Assembly (NCBI GenBank): GCA_030390025.1 | Contig: CM059432.1 | Span: 139,316,001-139,380,000 of the forward strand | Direction: 5' to 3' | Origin: Squalus acanthias | Taxonomy: Eukaryota | DNA length: 64,000 nt | Shown: piece by piece, positions 1-13,000 of the stretch | Layout: each line of letters opens with the position of its first letter | How positions within the stretch are numbered: the first letter of the stretch is position 1 | The notes under the pieces: generated by a model | Databases searched by the model: none | Told to the model about the DNA's origin: nothing | Seen by the model: the letters and a program-made list of their open reading frames with translations, nothing else | Translations under genes and position numbers: made by a program

Positions 1-143
1 GTCATCGGGTCCTTGTACCTCTGTCTCGTCCCGCTCTATGGCCGGGGTCATTAGACAGACAACCACTCATTGGGCACAAAACGCTGTTTTCAGCCTATTA
101 ATTTCTTGTTGACACTGACTGTGACAAGCAGTCTCACTTTGCT

Positions 144-620
144 ATAAAAGCAGAAAATGCTGGAAACACTCAGCAGGTCAGGCAGCATCTGTGGAGAGAG
201 AAACAGAGTTAACGTTTCAGGTCGGTGACCCTTCGTCAGAACTGGAAAAAGTGAGGATGGAACAGGTTTTTAAGCAAGTGTAGGGGCAAGGAGAGGGGGG
301 AGGGGAGGAAAGAACAAAAGGGAAGGTCTGTGCTAGGATGGAAGGCAGGAGAGATTAAGTAAGAGACAAAAGGGATGATGGTGCAAGGCAAAAGGAGATG
401 GTAATGGAACAAGTTAAGAAACAAAAGATGGTTCTAGATGAAGTGTAAATGGCGATGGCAGAATGATTGACAGCTGCCATGTGAGAGGGAGAAAAAAAAT
501 GGAAAAAAAAGATAGGGCAGAGGTTATGGTCTGAAATTGTTGAACTCTATGTTGAGTCCAGAAGGCTGTAAAGTGCCTAATCGAAAGATGAGGTGCTGTT
601 CCTCGAGCTTACGTTGAGCT
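144..620 (-). mobile_element. Penelope-like element 3'-end fragment with hammerhead motif, inserted in the ERV gag
   Basis: TSD TCACTTTGCT at 134-143 and 621-630; minus strand encodes the [28 protein letters not shown] tail. Confidence 0.8.
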
Positions 621-1178
621 TCACTTTGCTGCTGTGTCTTAAAACTCTATAAGCTGCTTTCATATCCTCACACCCCTGTTCCGCCGTCTCTCATTTCTGC
701 TCCCATTCATCTCTATCCTGTGTTCGTTGCTGTAATTTATCCTTCGCATTAGTCAGAGAACGCTGGAGAAACTGCTTTCCACACTTAAAAGTCTTCCTGC
801 ATTTCTAACTTCTCCTCCCCCACCTTTTGTAGCTCTTTCATTAACCTTTCTACCACTGCTTCTTGATTACTCAACTGTTCCTCCGACCGTGCGATCTGCC
901 CATCTTGTTGGGTGTTCTCCCTTTGTTTGTTTGCAATTTCGCGATCCATGGCCAAAAGCCAGACCGCCCGTTCGGATTTTTCTTTTCGGGCCGAACTTTC
1001 CGACCACTCAAACGCTCGGTCCTTCGGACTGGGCCCTACCAAAATGGATTTCATCCATTCTTCCTTAGGATTTACCTTTCCCAGACAATACTGGTACATT
1101 TGCTCATGGCCCGGTGTGGGCCTCTTACTCTTCCTCTAACCGCTTAAGCCCGACATTCTGCATAATAGTCTAACCTCA

Positions 1179-1198
1179 GAGTCCTGCCGCGGTCGCCA
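1179..1198 (-). promoter_or_regulatory. Primer binding site complementary to the 3' end of tRNA-Arg(UCG)
   Basis: The + strand reads GAGTCCTGCCGCGGTCG-CCA, the recalled 3' end of vertebrate tRNA-Arg-TCG including the non-templated CCA. Confidence 0.8.
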
Positions 1199-3097
1199 AA
1201 TCTGTAGGCAAAAAGGAACGTGCCTTTACCCTACGTTACAATGTTTGTGACTCCGGGAATTACAGCTACATACACATAATGTCGGATTAACAGTTGACAC
1301 TTTTATTCATCTAACTCAAGTTAGATAAACACAGTTATAGCACAACATACACAGAGTAAATACCTTAAGGGTTCCCGTTTATGCTACCCAGACTCAAGTG
1401 CTGATCAGGCTTACCTTGCCCTGGGTTCCTTAGCTTGGTGACCAAACCAAGGACTCGTTCTTGACTGCAGTGCCGAAATCTCTCACTACCCTCAGATTTA
1501 TGTCCTGAATTATCGTGGCTACAACCAGATGGTCAATTGTGTGCTAATCTCACTTGATCAGTTTAGTCAGTGGGCCTCATGACCGGAGACTTACTTGATC
1601 AGTTTAGTCTAGCAACAGTTTCCCAATTTAATATAGAGGCCATCTTACATGTGTGAAGACAGGTAGATTGGTGAGGACGAGGTCAAGTAGGTTTTTCCCT
1701 CATGTTGGTTCTCTCACCACCTGCCGCAGGCCCAGTCTGGCAGCTATGTCCTTCAGGACTCGGCCAGCCCGGTCAGTAGTTGTGCGACCGAGCCACTCTT
1801 GGTGATGGACATTGAAGTCCCCCTACCCAGAATACTGGGCAACTTGAACTCGCAGCGCACTCATACAGGCCGTCAATGCTGTTTTTGCATTACCCACCCG
1901 TACGGACCTGTCCCCTAAGAAAACGGAAAGTCACAGTCACGACATATTACTTACTATAGGATCGGTTTAAAAAGAGAGGTTTGAAATGGACGAACACAAA
2001 TTAAAAGACTTGAATGTGTTCTGAGTGAATAAGGCTTTCATTATCGAAATGTAAGGATTCATTTGATACTGAAACACTTACTTACTTCCATATGTTTCAA
2101 ACTGACAAGAATACTTCCATATGTTATTACAGCCGCGCCGCAACTAGACTTTCACATTCTGGATCAAATTACACATTGCAGACAAACTGTTGGGTGGGTC
2201 TTGTCCCCCAAGGGGACCAATCAGAAATCTGGTGTTGCAAATAAACACACCCTTATTTCAGTGACTGTCTGTGGGAGCTTGCTGTGTGCAAATTGACGAC
2301 AATGTTTCCGACATTACGACAGTGACTACACTTCAAAAGTACTTAATTGGCTGTAAAGCGCTTTGGGGTATCTTGAGGTTGTGATAAGTGCTATATAAAT
2401 GCAAGTCTTTCTTTTCTTTAAAGGAAACAAGTGCCAAACCTCTCTGAACATTAGCAGACAGTTAACACATCCTCAATATAAAAGCACAACAGTATTAATT
2501 GTGACACAACATCAAGACACTTTGGCAAAGAAACTGCAGTTGTGTTTTGCTTAATGAACTGCAAAAAGCCAGCAATGGTGCATGTAGATAATGCGGATTA
2601 TTACGAATATGTTGTCATATCTTTCTAAGCCATGCAAAAATGTTTTTTTACAATGTACATAATCCATGGCTACCAATATGTAAACTCATTTACCTGCACC
2701 AAGTGCTGTAGTTTATCAAAATCATGAGGCTATCAAGCTAATCTTTTAACCATAGTTGCAGTATTACCATTCCTGGGTATTTTTTGTTGGGCCAAGTCGT
2801 AAATTGAAATACACTTTTATCCCCTTCTTCGGTCAATTCCTACAACACCTGGAACCCTGAGAACACTTTTTATTAAAGTTTAAAAAGAATACTTCTGGGT
2901 TCCCTTCTGGCCATGCTGCTGCCTCCTGCCAGGTCTGAGTGTTGAGTTTGGCACCGTGTGGGGAGAATAGCTTCAGCCAATTTTTAAACGTATGTTTATT
3001 TTTATTTTTTAAATATTTTTTGTGCAGTGATCAGTGCAGGGCCTCAGACAGGTTGGAAGTTGAATGCTTTATTTGTAAAGCCAGAAGACATTGTGAT

Positions 3098-3492
3098 TAG
3101 AAACATAGGAACAGGAGGAGGCCATTCAGCCCCTCAAGCCTGTTCCGCCATTCAGTGAGATCATGGCTGATCTGTATCTTAACACCATCTACCCGCCTTG
3201 GTTCCGTAATCCTTAATACTCTTACTTAACAAAAATCTAATAATCTCAGTTTTGAAATTTTCAATTGACCCTCAGCCTCAATAGCTTTTTGGGGGAGAGA
3301 GTTCCAGATTTCCACTGCCCTTTGTGTGAAGAAGTGGTTCCTGACATCACCCTTGAACGGCCTGGCTCTAATTTTAAGGTTACGCTCCCTTGTTCTGGAC
3401 TCCCCCCAACCAGAGGAAATAATTTCTCTCTCTCGACCCTATCAACTCCTTTAATCATCTTAAACACCTCAATTAGATCACCCCTTAATCTT
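3098..3492 (-). mobile_element. CR1 3' fragment
   Basis: FKMIKGVDRVEREKLFPL plus 3' UTR. Confidence 0.82.
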
Positions 3493-3564
3493 AGTTCTGT
3501 GACGCCACTTACGATCGATGTTACTATTTATCTTATCTACATGATTTCCTATTGCATTTTACAG

Positions 3565-3659
3565 GAACAGATGAAGCCGCTATTATTAAAATCCTAGCAA
3601 GTCGCTCAGCAGAACAGAGGCAGAAGATAAAAGAGAAATACAGGGCTCTCTATGGCAAA
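3565..3659 (+). CDS. ANXA13: ANXA13 exon, 95 bp ([32 protein letters not shown])
   Basis: ttttacag| acceptor, aaa|gtaagt donor; annexin repeat 1. Confidence 0.93.
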
Positions 3660-4048
3660 GTAAGTACAATTTGCAGCAAGGCTCAGATGAAATTTAACAC
3701 ATCAGGTAGGCGGAAAACAAATACTGAAACCAGGACTTGTGTTTCCATTTCCTCCTTGAGATCAAATTTTCTACAGTGCAATTTCACGTTATACTGTGCC
3801 CTCCTGTTGTGAATGTTTTGTACCCGAGCCACATGTGTCACCCAAATCCGAAACAGTCTAAACAGGATGCCTTCGCAAACTTGAAATACATACTAAAAGA
3901 ATGTTTATTTGTCTCATTCACATTTGTTCAAACAGATATCCACTGTTCAGCCCTCTTCAGATCCTCTTCATGAACTTGCCATTTTTTCCATTTTCAAATA
4001 CTTGCTGTGAGGATGCTAGATTCCTGATAAAGAAGACCATCAACCTTC

Positions 4049-4090
<42 letters not shown>

Positions 4091-7000
4091 AGTTCAGGTC
4101 CCCACTCCAGAGACTTGAGCACAAAACCCAGGCTGGCACTTCCAGTGCAGTACTGAAGGAGTGCGGCATTGTCAGAGGTGCCGTCTTTCGGATGAGATGT
4201 TAAACTGAGGCCCTCTCTCAAGTCTGCTCTCTCAAGTGGATGTAAAAGATCCCATGGCACTATTTCAAAGAAGAGCAGGGGAGTTCTCCCCGGTGTCCTG
4301 GCCAATATTCATCCCTCAATCAACTTCACTTGCTGTTTGTGGGAGCTTGCTGTGCGCAAATTGGCTGCTGCATTTCCTACATTACAACAGTGACTACACT
4401 TCAAAAGTACTTCATTGGCTGTAAAGTGCTTTGGAATGTCCTGAGGTCGTGAAAGGCGCTATAGAAATGCAAGTCTTGCTTTATTTCTTTCCCTCCCTCC
4501 CCGCGGTAGTAATTAAACGAGGAGTGGTTATTACAGCTCCTAATTCACCTCGGATGCCTAACTAGAGGACCGTTAAGGAAAGAAAGTGGAGGGTTAGTGG
4601 CGGAGTCACGCGGGTGGGCGGAAGTCGCACCCTGCCGCTGATCTGCCAACCGGAGGAAAAATCTGGCCACTTGCATCATCAACTTGCCCGTTTTCCCATG
4701 GAGGGGGTCCAAGAGCATGTCTTCTAGCCGGCCACCGACCCATAGACGACGGGTATGCAGGGGAGACTGGGAAGTAAATAAAGTGATTTAATAGCCTCAA
4801 AAAAAAAGGAAAGTAGGAAAAACATGCTGTAATATCTTGGTTGCTTCTTTTCTTCCCTTTTCTGTAGGATATGGAAAAGATGCTTAAAGGTGACCTCAGC
4901 GGGTGCTTCGAAAAGACAATATTGGCCATGCTGGACCGCCCCTGCGAATTTGATGCCAAGTTGCTCAGGGAGGCAATGAAAGGAGCCGGAACTCATGAAG
5001 ATATCCTTATTGAGATTCTCTGCACACGAGCTAATTCAGTATGTTTGATTTTAAACAATATTATTTATATATGAATATATTGCGACTCCCTTAAAAGAAC
5101 ACTGCCTTCATTAAAAAAATGTGTTTAGGACGGGTGAAGAGCTGGAACATAGAATCACACAGCACAGAAGGAGGCCATTTGACCCATTGGGCTGGATTTT
5201 GATACTGGGGCGGGTTGGGGTCGTGTCATCCGCATTTCGTGTTATCCACCCGACTGCAATTGGATGTGGGAGATTGATGCGATTTTCACCTAATTGGGCA
5301 ATTGAGTTCCAGCATGTGGGAACCCAGGACCCAATTAATGTTTTCAGTCTGAAAGTCGCCTCTGATGATGTCATCATTGCTGCTGCATTGAAGGTCTGCA
5401 AAGACTGCCTGGCCTTTGCTGTGAGAGGACCTGGATGCAAAATGAGCAGCAGCAGCCCTAAGTCTGCTCCCAGATATTTTTGCATCACCACTCCCAGATC
5501 AGCCAGCCAGCCAGGTTTCACATTCGTGGTTCAGAACAGGCGTGCTTCACGTAGAAAAAGGGTTAAAATCACAAAGGCCTTTCAAAAAGGCATTATAGAG
5601 GCAATTTAGTGCTTGTTAAGGGCCTTAACAGCCTATACCGCCTCTTAGAGGCGGGACCAGCAGACACGATTTAATGAAAATTGCATGGCGGTGGGATGGA
5701 GGCGGGCTTGTGCCCGCCCGCCAGTTTTCGCAACTTTAACCCCCCACATGCCTCCAAACCCGCCTCCACGGGTCAATGAAAATCCAGCCCATAATGTCTG
5801 TGCCAGCTCTTTGAAAGAGCTCTCCAATTAGTCCTACTCCCCTGCTCTTTCCCCATTGCCCTGCAATTTTTCCTTTTCAAGTATTTATCCAATTCCCTTT
5901 TGAAAGTTACTGTTGAATCTGCTTCCACCGCCCTTTCAGGCAGCGCATTCCATAACAACTTGCTGCGTAAAGAAAAAACTCCTCATTTCTCTCCTGGATC
6001 TTTTTCCAATGATCTTAAATCTGTGTCCTCTGGTTACCAACCCTCCTGCCAGTGGAAGCGGTTTCTCCTTATTTACTCTGTCAAAACCCTTCATAATTTT
6101 GAACAGCTCAATGTAATCTCCTCTTAACCTTCTCTGATCTCAGGAGAACAATCCCAGCTTCCCCAGTCTCTCCACATAACTGAAGTCCCTCATCCCTGGT
6201 CCCATTCTAGTAAATCTCCTCTGCACCCTCTCCAAGACCTTGACATCCTTCCTAAAGTGTGGTGCCCAGAATTGGGCACAGTACTCCTGGAGCCAATTCA
6301 GTGATATATAAAGGTTTAGCATAACTTCCTTGCTTCAACATATCATTTTTATCACTAGTTATTGACTAGTCACTGTTGTAATGTAGGAAATGCAGCAGCC
6401 AATTTGCACACAGCAAGCTCCCACAAACAGCAATGCGGTACTGGCCAGATAATCTGATTTAGTGATTGACATGAATCTTGTCATTCATGTATGAAGTAAT
6501 ACTGGGTGGCCTGCTGGTGGCGCTGTCCAGGGAGAGTATAAATACTCGGGCATGGGCCCAGCTTGCTGAGGACATTCCTCAACAGGAGCTAGTGAAGGAC
6601 ACAACTAGATCTCCATGTTGTAAAACAGTTGATTAAAGCTTTGTTTAACGCTTAGACCAAGTGCCTAGTAGGTTTCTTACGTCAGTGATGTTGATTGAGG
6701 GACGAATATTGGCCAGGACACCGGGGATAACTCCCCTGCTCGTCTTCGAAATAGTGCCATGGGATCTTTTACGCCCACTCTGAGAGAGCTGACGGGGCCT
6801 CGGTTTAACGTCTCGTCCGTAAGACGGCACCTCCGACAGTGCAGCACTCCCTCAGCACTGCACTGGGGGTGTCAGGTTAAGTTTTTTGTGCTCAAGTCTC
6901 ATGGAGTGGGAGTTTGAACCCACAACCTTCTGACTCAGAGTCGAGAGTGGTACCTACTGAGCCACAGCTGAACTAAAGTGCGTGTGGATATTTTGTGCAT

Positions 7001-10000
7001 TAAGGGTGCTATATAAATGCAAGTGGTTGCATTTAGTCTCAATAGAGCTGAGTTGCTAAACCAATGGGAATGAGGGGGAAGGATTGTACCCACATTGCAT
7101 ATATTGCAACAACAGAGATCATGGAATTGACCCAAAGCATCCAGACTCCTCATTTCACCACCCGCTTTGAATTTAAAAAAATTGTAGATACTTTTTCATG
7201 AGAACAGTATCCCTTTAAACTGAATTCAAAATGTCTCCAACACAGGCTAAAATATAATCCGATTGACATATCCTTCCATTCCTTTCTCCCTCATGTGTTT
7301 ATCTAGCTTCCCCTTAAATGCAGCTGTGCTATTCGCCTCAGTACTCCATCTGGCTGCGAGTTCCTCATTCTCACCACATATAGAACTTTACTTCGGAAAT
7401 AATTTGCTTTGAACAAGAGTCGCAAGCAAATTCTTTTTTGCATTCCTATCTCCTTTCCCCCCTTTTTGTGCTTATCAAGGTGGCGGATGCTGGTGCTGAG
7501 GCACGGAATGCTTCAGCATTTCCAGATTAGGGTATAGCACGCAGCACACAGCAGAGCACAATCAGGTGCAGAGGAGTGCTCCCTCTATACTGCCCCAATA
7601 ACACACACCCCTCCCACAACTTCAGAGCCTGCCCAAACTCACAGAATACCCTTATAGTGAGCAGGCTGAAGACAGGGCTGCCGCGTAGCATTTCTGTTGG
7701 TGTTCGATCAACCCCATAGATGGCTGTCCTCCAGTACCTCAGCAAGTGGCTGCTCTTCCTAAAGAAAAGAAAGAAATACTTGCATTTATATAGCACCTTT
7801 CACAACCTCAGCACATCTCAAAGCACTTTACAGCCAATTAAGTGTAGACACTGTTGTAATGTAGGAAACGCGGCAGCCAATTTGCGCACAGCAATGTCCC
7901 ACAAACGGCAATGCGATAACGACCAGATCATCTGTTCTAGTGATGTTGGTTGAAGGATAAATATAGGCCAGGACAAATAAAGGCATTATTTATTACACTT
8001 ATTGGGGTCATTTTCTGAGTGCACGTGCCGTGCCTGTTATTTTGCACTCTGCGGTGGTGCTGAGACAAGATTCCCGCTGCCAGAGTGTAACTGGGAAGAT
8101 TTGCCTCGTCATGAATACGTAACACCGTGCAGGTCAGACATCACATCCATTGGTGGAGTGCGGGAGATTTTCTCGGTGGTATGCAGCAAAACCATAAAAG
8201 AATGCGTTTATGATTTTTCCTGTGCCTAATACACGGAGAAAATCTTCCTTCTGAAAGAGTAAACCGCATTGGACATAACACACACAGGCATCTCCATCAG
8301 AAGTAAAAAAAAAACAGAAAATGCTGGAAATGCTCAGCAGGTCAGGCAGCATCTGTGGAGAGAGAGAAAGAGAGTTAACGTTTCAGGTCAATGACCTCTC
8401 GTCAGAACTTCACACATCTTCATCACTTTGCCGAAAACCTCTGTTCAGTCTGCAAGCTTCCAGTCTCTTGCCACATTAATTCTCCGCCCCGCTCCCACTC
8501 TGACCTCTCTGTCCTCGGCCTCCTGGACTGTTCTAATGAAGCTCATTGCAAGCTCGAGGAACAGCACCTCATCTTTTAGATTAGGCACATTACAGCCTTC
8601 CGGACTCAACATTGACTTTCATAACTTTAGATCTTTAACCACCTCTCCCATTTTCTCTTGGACATTCTCTAACCTCCTCTGGACCCACCTTTTGTTTCTG
8701 TACAGAAAGCAAGATCTTGCGAATGCTGAAAATCTGAAATAAAAACAGAATACGCTGGAAATACTCAGCAGGTCAGGCAGCATCTGTGGAGAGGGAAACA
8801 GGGTGGATGTTGAGAGGTTGTTTCCCCTGGCTGGAGAGTCCAGAACTAGGGGACATAGTCTCAAGACAGAGATCGCTAGGTTTTTGAATATTAAGGGATC
8901 AAGGGATATGGGGATAGTGCAGGAAAGTGGAATTTCTTCACTCAGAGGGTTGTGAATCTCTGGAATTCTCTACCCCAGAGGGCTGTGGATGCTGTATTGT
9001 TGAGTATATTCAAAGCTGAGATAGATTTTTGGACTCTAAGGGGATCAAGGGATATGGGAATCGGGCAGGAAAGTGGAGTTGAGGTAGAAAATCAGCCATA
9101 ATCTTATTGAATGGCGAAAGAGGCTCAAGGGGCCATATGGCCTACCCAGTTATACAGGGCCTTGGTGAGACCACACCTGGAGTAAGTGTGCAGTTTTGGT
9201 CTCCTCACCTAAGAAGGAATATACTTGCCATAGAGGGAGTGCAGCGAAGGTTCACCAGACTGATTCCTGGGATGGCAGGACTGTCGTATGAGGAGAGATT
9301 GGGTCGACTTGGCCTGTATTCACTAGTTTAGAAGAATGAGAGGGGATTTCATTGAAACGTATAAAATTCTGACAGGGCTAGACAGACTGGATGCAGGGAG
9401 GATGTTTCCCCTGGCTGGGGGGGTCTAGAACGAGGGGTGACAGTCTCAGGATATGGGGTAGGACATTTAGGACTGAGATGAGGAGAAATTTCTTCACTCA
9501 GAGGGTGGTGAACCTGTGGCATTCTCTACCACAGAAGGCTGTGGAGGCCAAGTCACTGAATATATTTAAGAAGGAAAGGCAACATCCGTGGAGAGAGAAA
9601 CAGGGTTAACGTTTCAGGTCAAAACCCTTCGTCAGAGTTGTTGCCTGGCCTGCTGAGTTTTTCCAGCGTTTTCTGTTGTTGTTTCAATTTTCCAGCATCC
9701 GCAGTATTTTGCTGTCATATTTAAGAAGGAGATAGATAGATTTCTAGACACAAAAGGCATCAAGGGGTATGGGGAGAGAGCGGGAATATGGTATTGAGAT
9801 CGAGGATCAGCCATGATCATATTGAATGGCGGAGCAGGCTCGAAGGGCCGAATGGCCGACTCCTGCTCCTATTTTTCTATGTTTCTATGTTTCCTGCTCC
9901 TAATTCTTATGTCCTTATGTTAACGTTTCAGGTTGATGACCTTTCGTCTTTTGTTTCTTTACTTGTCTCATTATCGCCCTCTTTTGCCTGGCACCACCGT

Positions 10001-13000
10001 CCCTTTTGTCATTTCATCACTCCTGCCCTCCACCCTATCACAGACCTTCCCTTTTGTTTTTTTTCCCTGCAGCCGCCCACCCCGCCACCAACTTTTCCCT
10101 GTCTCTGTATTTGCTTGAAATCTCATCATCTCTAACTTCTTCCCAGTTCTCGTGAAAGGGCGTCAACCTGAAATGTTAACTGTTTCTCTCTCCACAGAGG
10201 CGGGTAGATGGAGTTCAGATACAGATCAGCCATGATCTCGTTGAGTGGCGGAACAGGCTCGAGGGGCTGAATGGCCTCCCAGCCCGTTCCTATGTTCCGA
10301 GATGCTGCCTGACCTGCTGAGTGTTTCCAGCATTTTCTGTCTTTAGTTCATCAATCATATGCTCTGCATTTGACTAAGCAAAGCCTCTTATCAGCAGATG
10401 TAAACATTTACTCAATATAATTTGTTTTTCAGCAAATTAAAGCCATAAAAGAAGCATACAAGCAAAGTAAGTGCTACTGTTCTTTTTTTAAAAAACTTAT
10501 ATTTAAGAAATTAGAATGAATTATTTGTCATTTTGTTACAATTTTATCAAGGAAAAATTTTCAAATTTTGTTCACTTTTCTCTTGCAGTTTACAGGGAAA
10601 GGAACCAATGGTCTTCTTTTTATTATGGGGGTGTATTTAATGGCTTCTAATTATTCCATCTCTCCCCGCCTCCCCCCGCACACACATGTCGCTGTATCAG
10701 AGGTGATTGGCAGATTGTGTCTAGATTCTCGCAATTTCCAGTGCTAAGGCTGTCTGTCTTTCAGATTGCAGTTATACTGCACAAGGGGAAGGCAGTTCAA
10801 ATGGCTCTACAGTTCATGTCATTAACGGAGAGAGACAATTTATTCTGGTACTCCCACTGTGTGCCCCAACCTCAAAGTTTCTGCCATGTCCCTAATTTTG
10901 GAATTCACACTGTGCCCCAGACTCTAAGGGGGGTGAAACCAGTCTTGGGCAAAAGCACAAAATGGGCGTTTTACACCGCAGACCAATTTTCTTTTCCCCT
11001 GATCTTCAAGAAGAGCAATTCCACCCCCTAAAATTTCTGCTGTGTCCCTGATTTTGAGGTTGGGAGCATCGTCAGATGATGATAGGAAGATAGGAACAGG
11101 AGGAGGCCATTTAGCCCCTCGAGCCTGTTCCGCCATTCAATGAGATCATGGCTGATCTGTGACCTAACTCCATATACCCGCCTTTGCCCCATATCACTTA
11201 ATACCTTTGGTTAACAAAAATCTACAATCTCAGATTTAAAATTAACAATTGACCTCCACCATCAATTGCCATTTGCGGAAGAGAGTTCCAAACTTCTACC
11301 ACCCTTTGTGTGTAGAAATATTTCCTAACTTTGCTCCTGAAAGGTCTTGCTCTAATCTTTAGACTATGCCCCCTAGTCCTAGACTCCCTAACCAGCGGAA
11401 ATAGTTTCTCTCTATCTACCCTATCTGTTCCCCTTAATATCTTGAAAACATTGATCAAATCACCCCTTAACCTTCTAAATTCTAGGGAATACAACCCTAA
11501 TTTGTGTAATCCCTCCTTGTAATTTAACCCTTGGAGTCCGGGTATCATTCTGGTAAACCTACGCTGCACTCCCTCCAAGGCCAATATATCCTTCCTAAGG
11601 TGTGTTGCCCAGAACTGCTCCCAGTGCTCCAGGTGTGGTCCAACCAGGGCTTTGTATAGCTGCAGCATAACTTCTATCCCCTTGTATTCTAGTTTTCTAG
11701 ATATAAAGGCCAGCATTCCATTAGCTTTTGTGATGATGATGGTCATGACCTTGAGCTCTTGCACCATTGTTCTGCTGCGCATCTAACCTCTGGGAGCCTC
11801 GAGATACACTGCACCAAGAGATTTCCACTTCTTCGTGTGAAAGCCTCAATTGTCTGGAGTTTCACTTAACCATCTTCAGTATGCTACAGAATCGTGTAAC
11901 TGTTCGCACCCCACTGTTATGCTGCCACGTTAGTGTTGCCGCGAAGCGGAAACCACTTTGCTGAGATGTTAAAGTTGCTATATAAATGTGGTCCAAATAT
12001 TCTCGGCACTGGGCGCAAGTGCTTGCAATTCTTCGACAGGCCTCCAGGTGGAGTGTGTTGGTTGAGGGATAAATACTGACCAGGACACCTCTGCGAGGGG
12101 AGAACTCCCCTGCTCTTCTTCGAAATAGTGGCCGTGGGATCTTTTACATCCACCTGAGAGAGCAGATGGGGCCTCGGTTTAACGGTTCATCCGAAAGACA
12201 GTCATTAAAACCTATCTCTTTGACCAAGCTTTTGGTCACCTGTTCTAATATCTCTTTATGTGACACAAAAGCAAAATACTGCGGATGCTGGAAATCTGAA
12301 ATAAAAACAGAAAATGCTGGAAATACTCAGCAGGTCAGGCAGCATCTGCGGAGAGAGAAACAGAGTTAACGTTTCGGGTTGATGACCTTTCGTCAGAACT
12401 GGAAAAAGTTAGAAATTTAACTGGTTTTAAGCAAGTACAGAGGCAGGGAAAGCGGGGAGGGGAGGAAAGAACAAAAGGGAAGGTCTGTGATAGGGTGGAA
12501 GGCAGGAGAGATTAAATGACAAAAGGGATGATGGTGCAAGGCAAAAGGGGGTGGTAATGGGACAAGAAACAAAAGATGGGTCTCAAGGAGGTGTAAATGG
12601 GAATAGCAAAATCATCAGTAACAGCTGCTGTCCGAAAAAATGGGGACAGTGGTTATGATCTGAAATTGTTAAACTCAATGTTGAGTCCAGAAGGCTATAA
12701 AGTACCTGATGTAAGAAAACTACTAGGCACTTGGTCTAAGCGTTAAACAAAGCTTTAATCAACTGTTTTACAACATGGAGATCTAGTTGTCCTTCACTAG
12801 TTCCTGTTAAAGAATGTCCTGAGCAAGCTGGGCCCATGCCCGAGTATTTATACTCTCCCTGGACAGCACCACCAGCAGGCCACCCAGTATTATGTCATAA
12901 GTCATTTCCCATGAATGACAAGATTCATGTCAGTACCTAATCGAAAGATGAGGTGCTGTTCCTCGAGCTTCCATTGAGCTTCATTGGAACAGTGTAGGAG

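Larger units (their letters stand above)
1..1649 (-). mobile_element. 5' end of an endogenous retrovirus-like/LTR element: 5' LTR 1203-1649, PBS 1179-1198, decayed coiled-coil gag running off the left edge
   Basis: TG...CA-bounded ~447-bp segment with minus-strand AATAAA (1302-1307). It is followed 4 nt later by TGGCGACCGCGGCAGGACTC. A gag-like frame starts at ATG 1156, contains stops and is interrupted by an insertion at 144-620. Confidence 0.75.

Noticed and set aside
1650..3560. ANXA13 first two coding exons
   Set aside because: No MG start or FD..DAKKL.KA.KG-like exon with splice sites found; they are probably left of the window.
4048..4110. tRNA genes at SINE heads (also ~16910-16975, 18500-18570, 18826-18890, 38975-39040) and at 1179-1198
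   Set aside because: These are tRNA-derived SINE promoters continuing into SINE bodies, or a PBS; none is a stand-alone cloverleaf.
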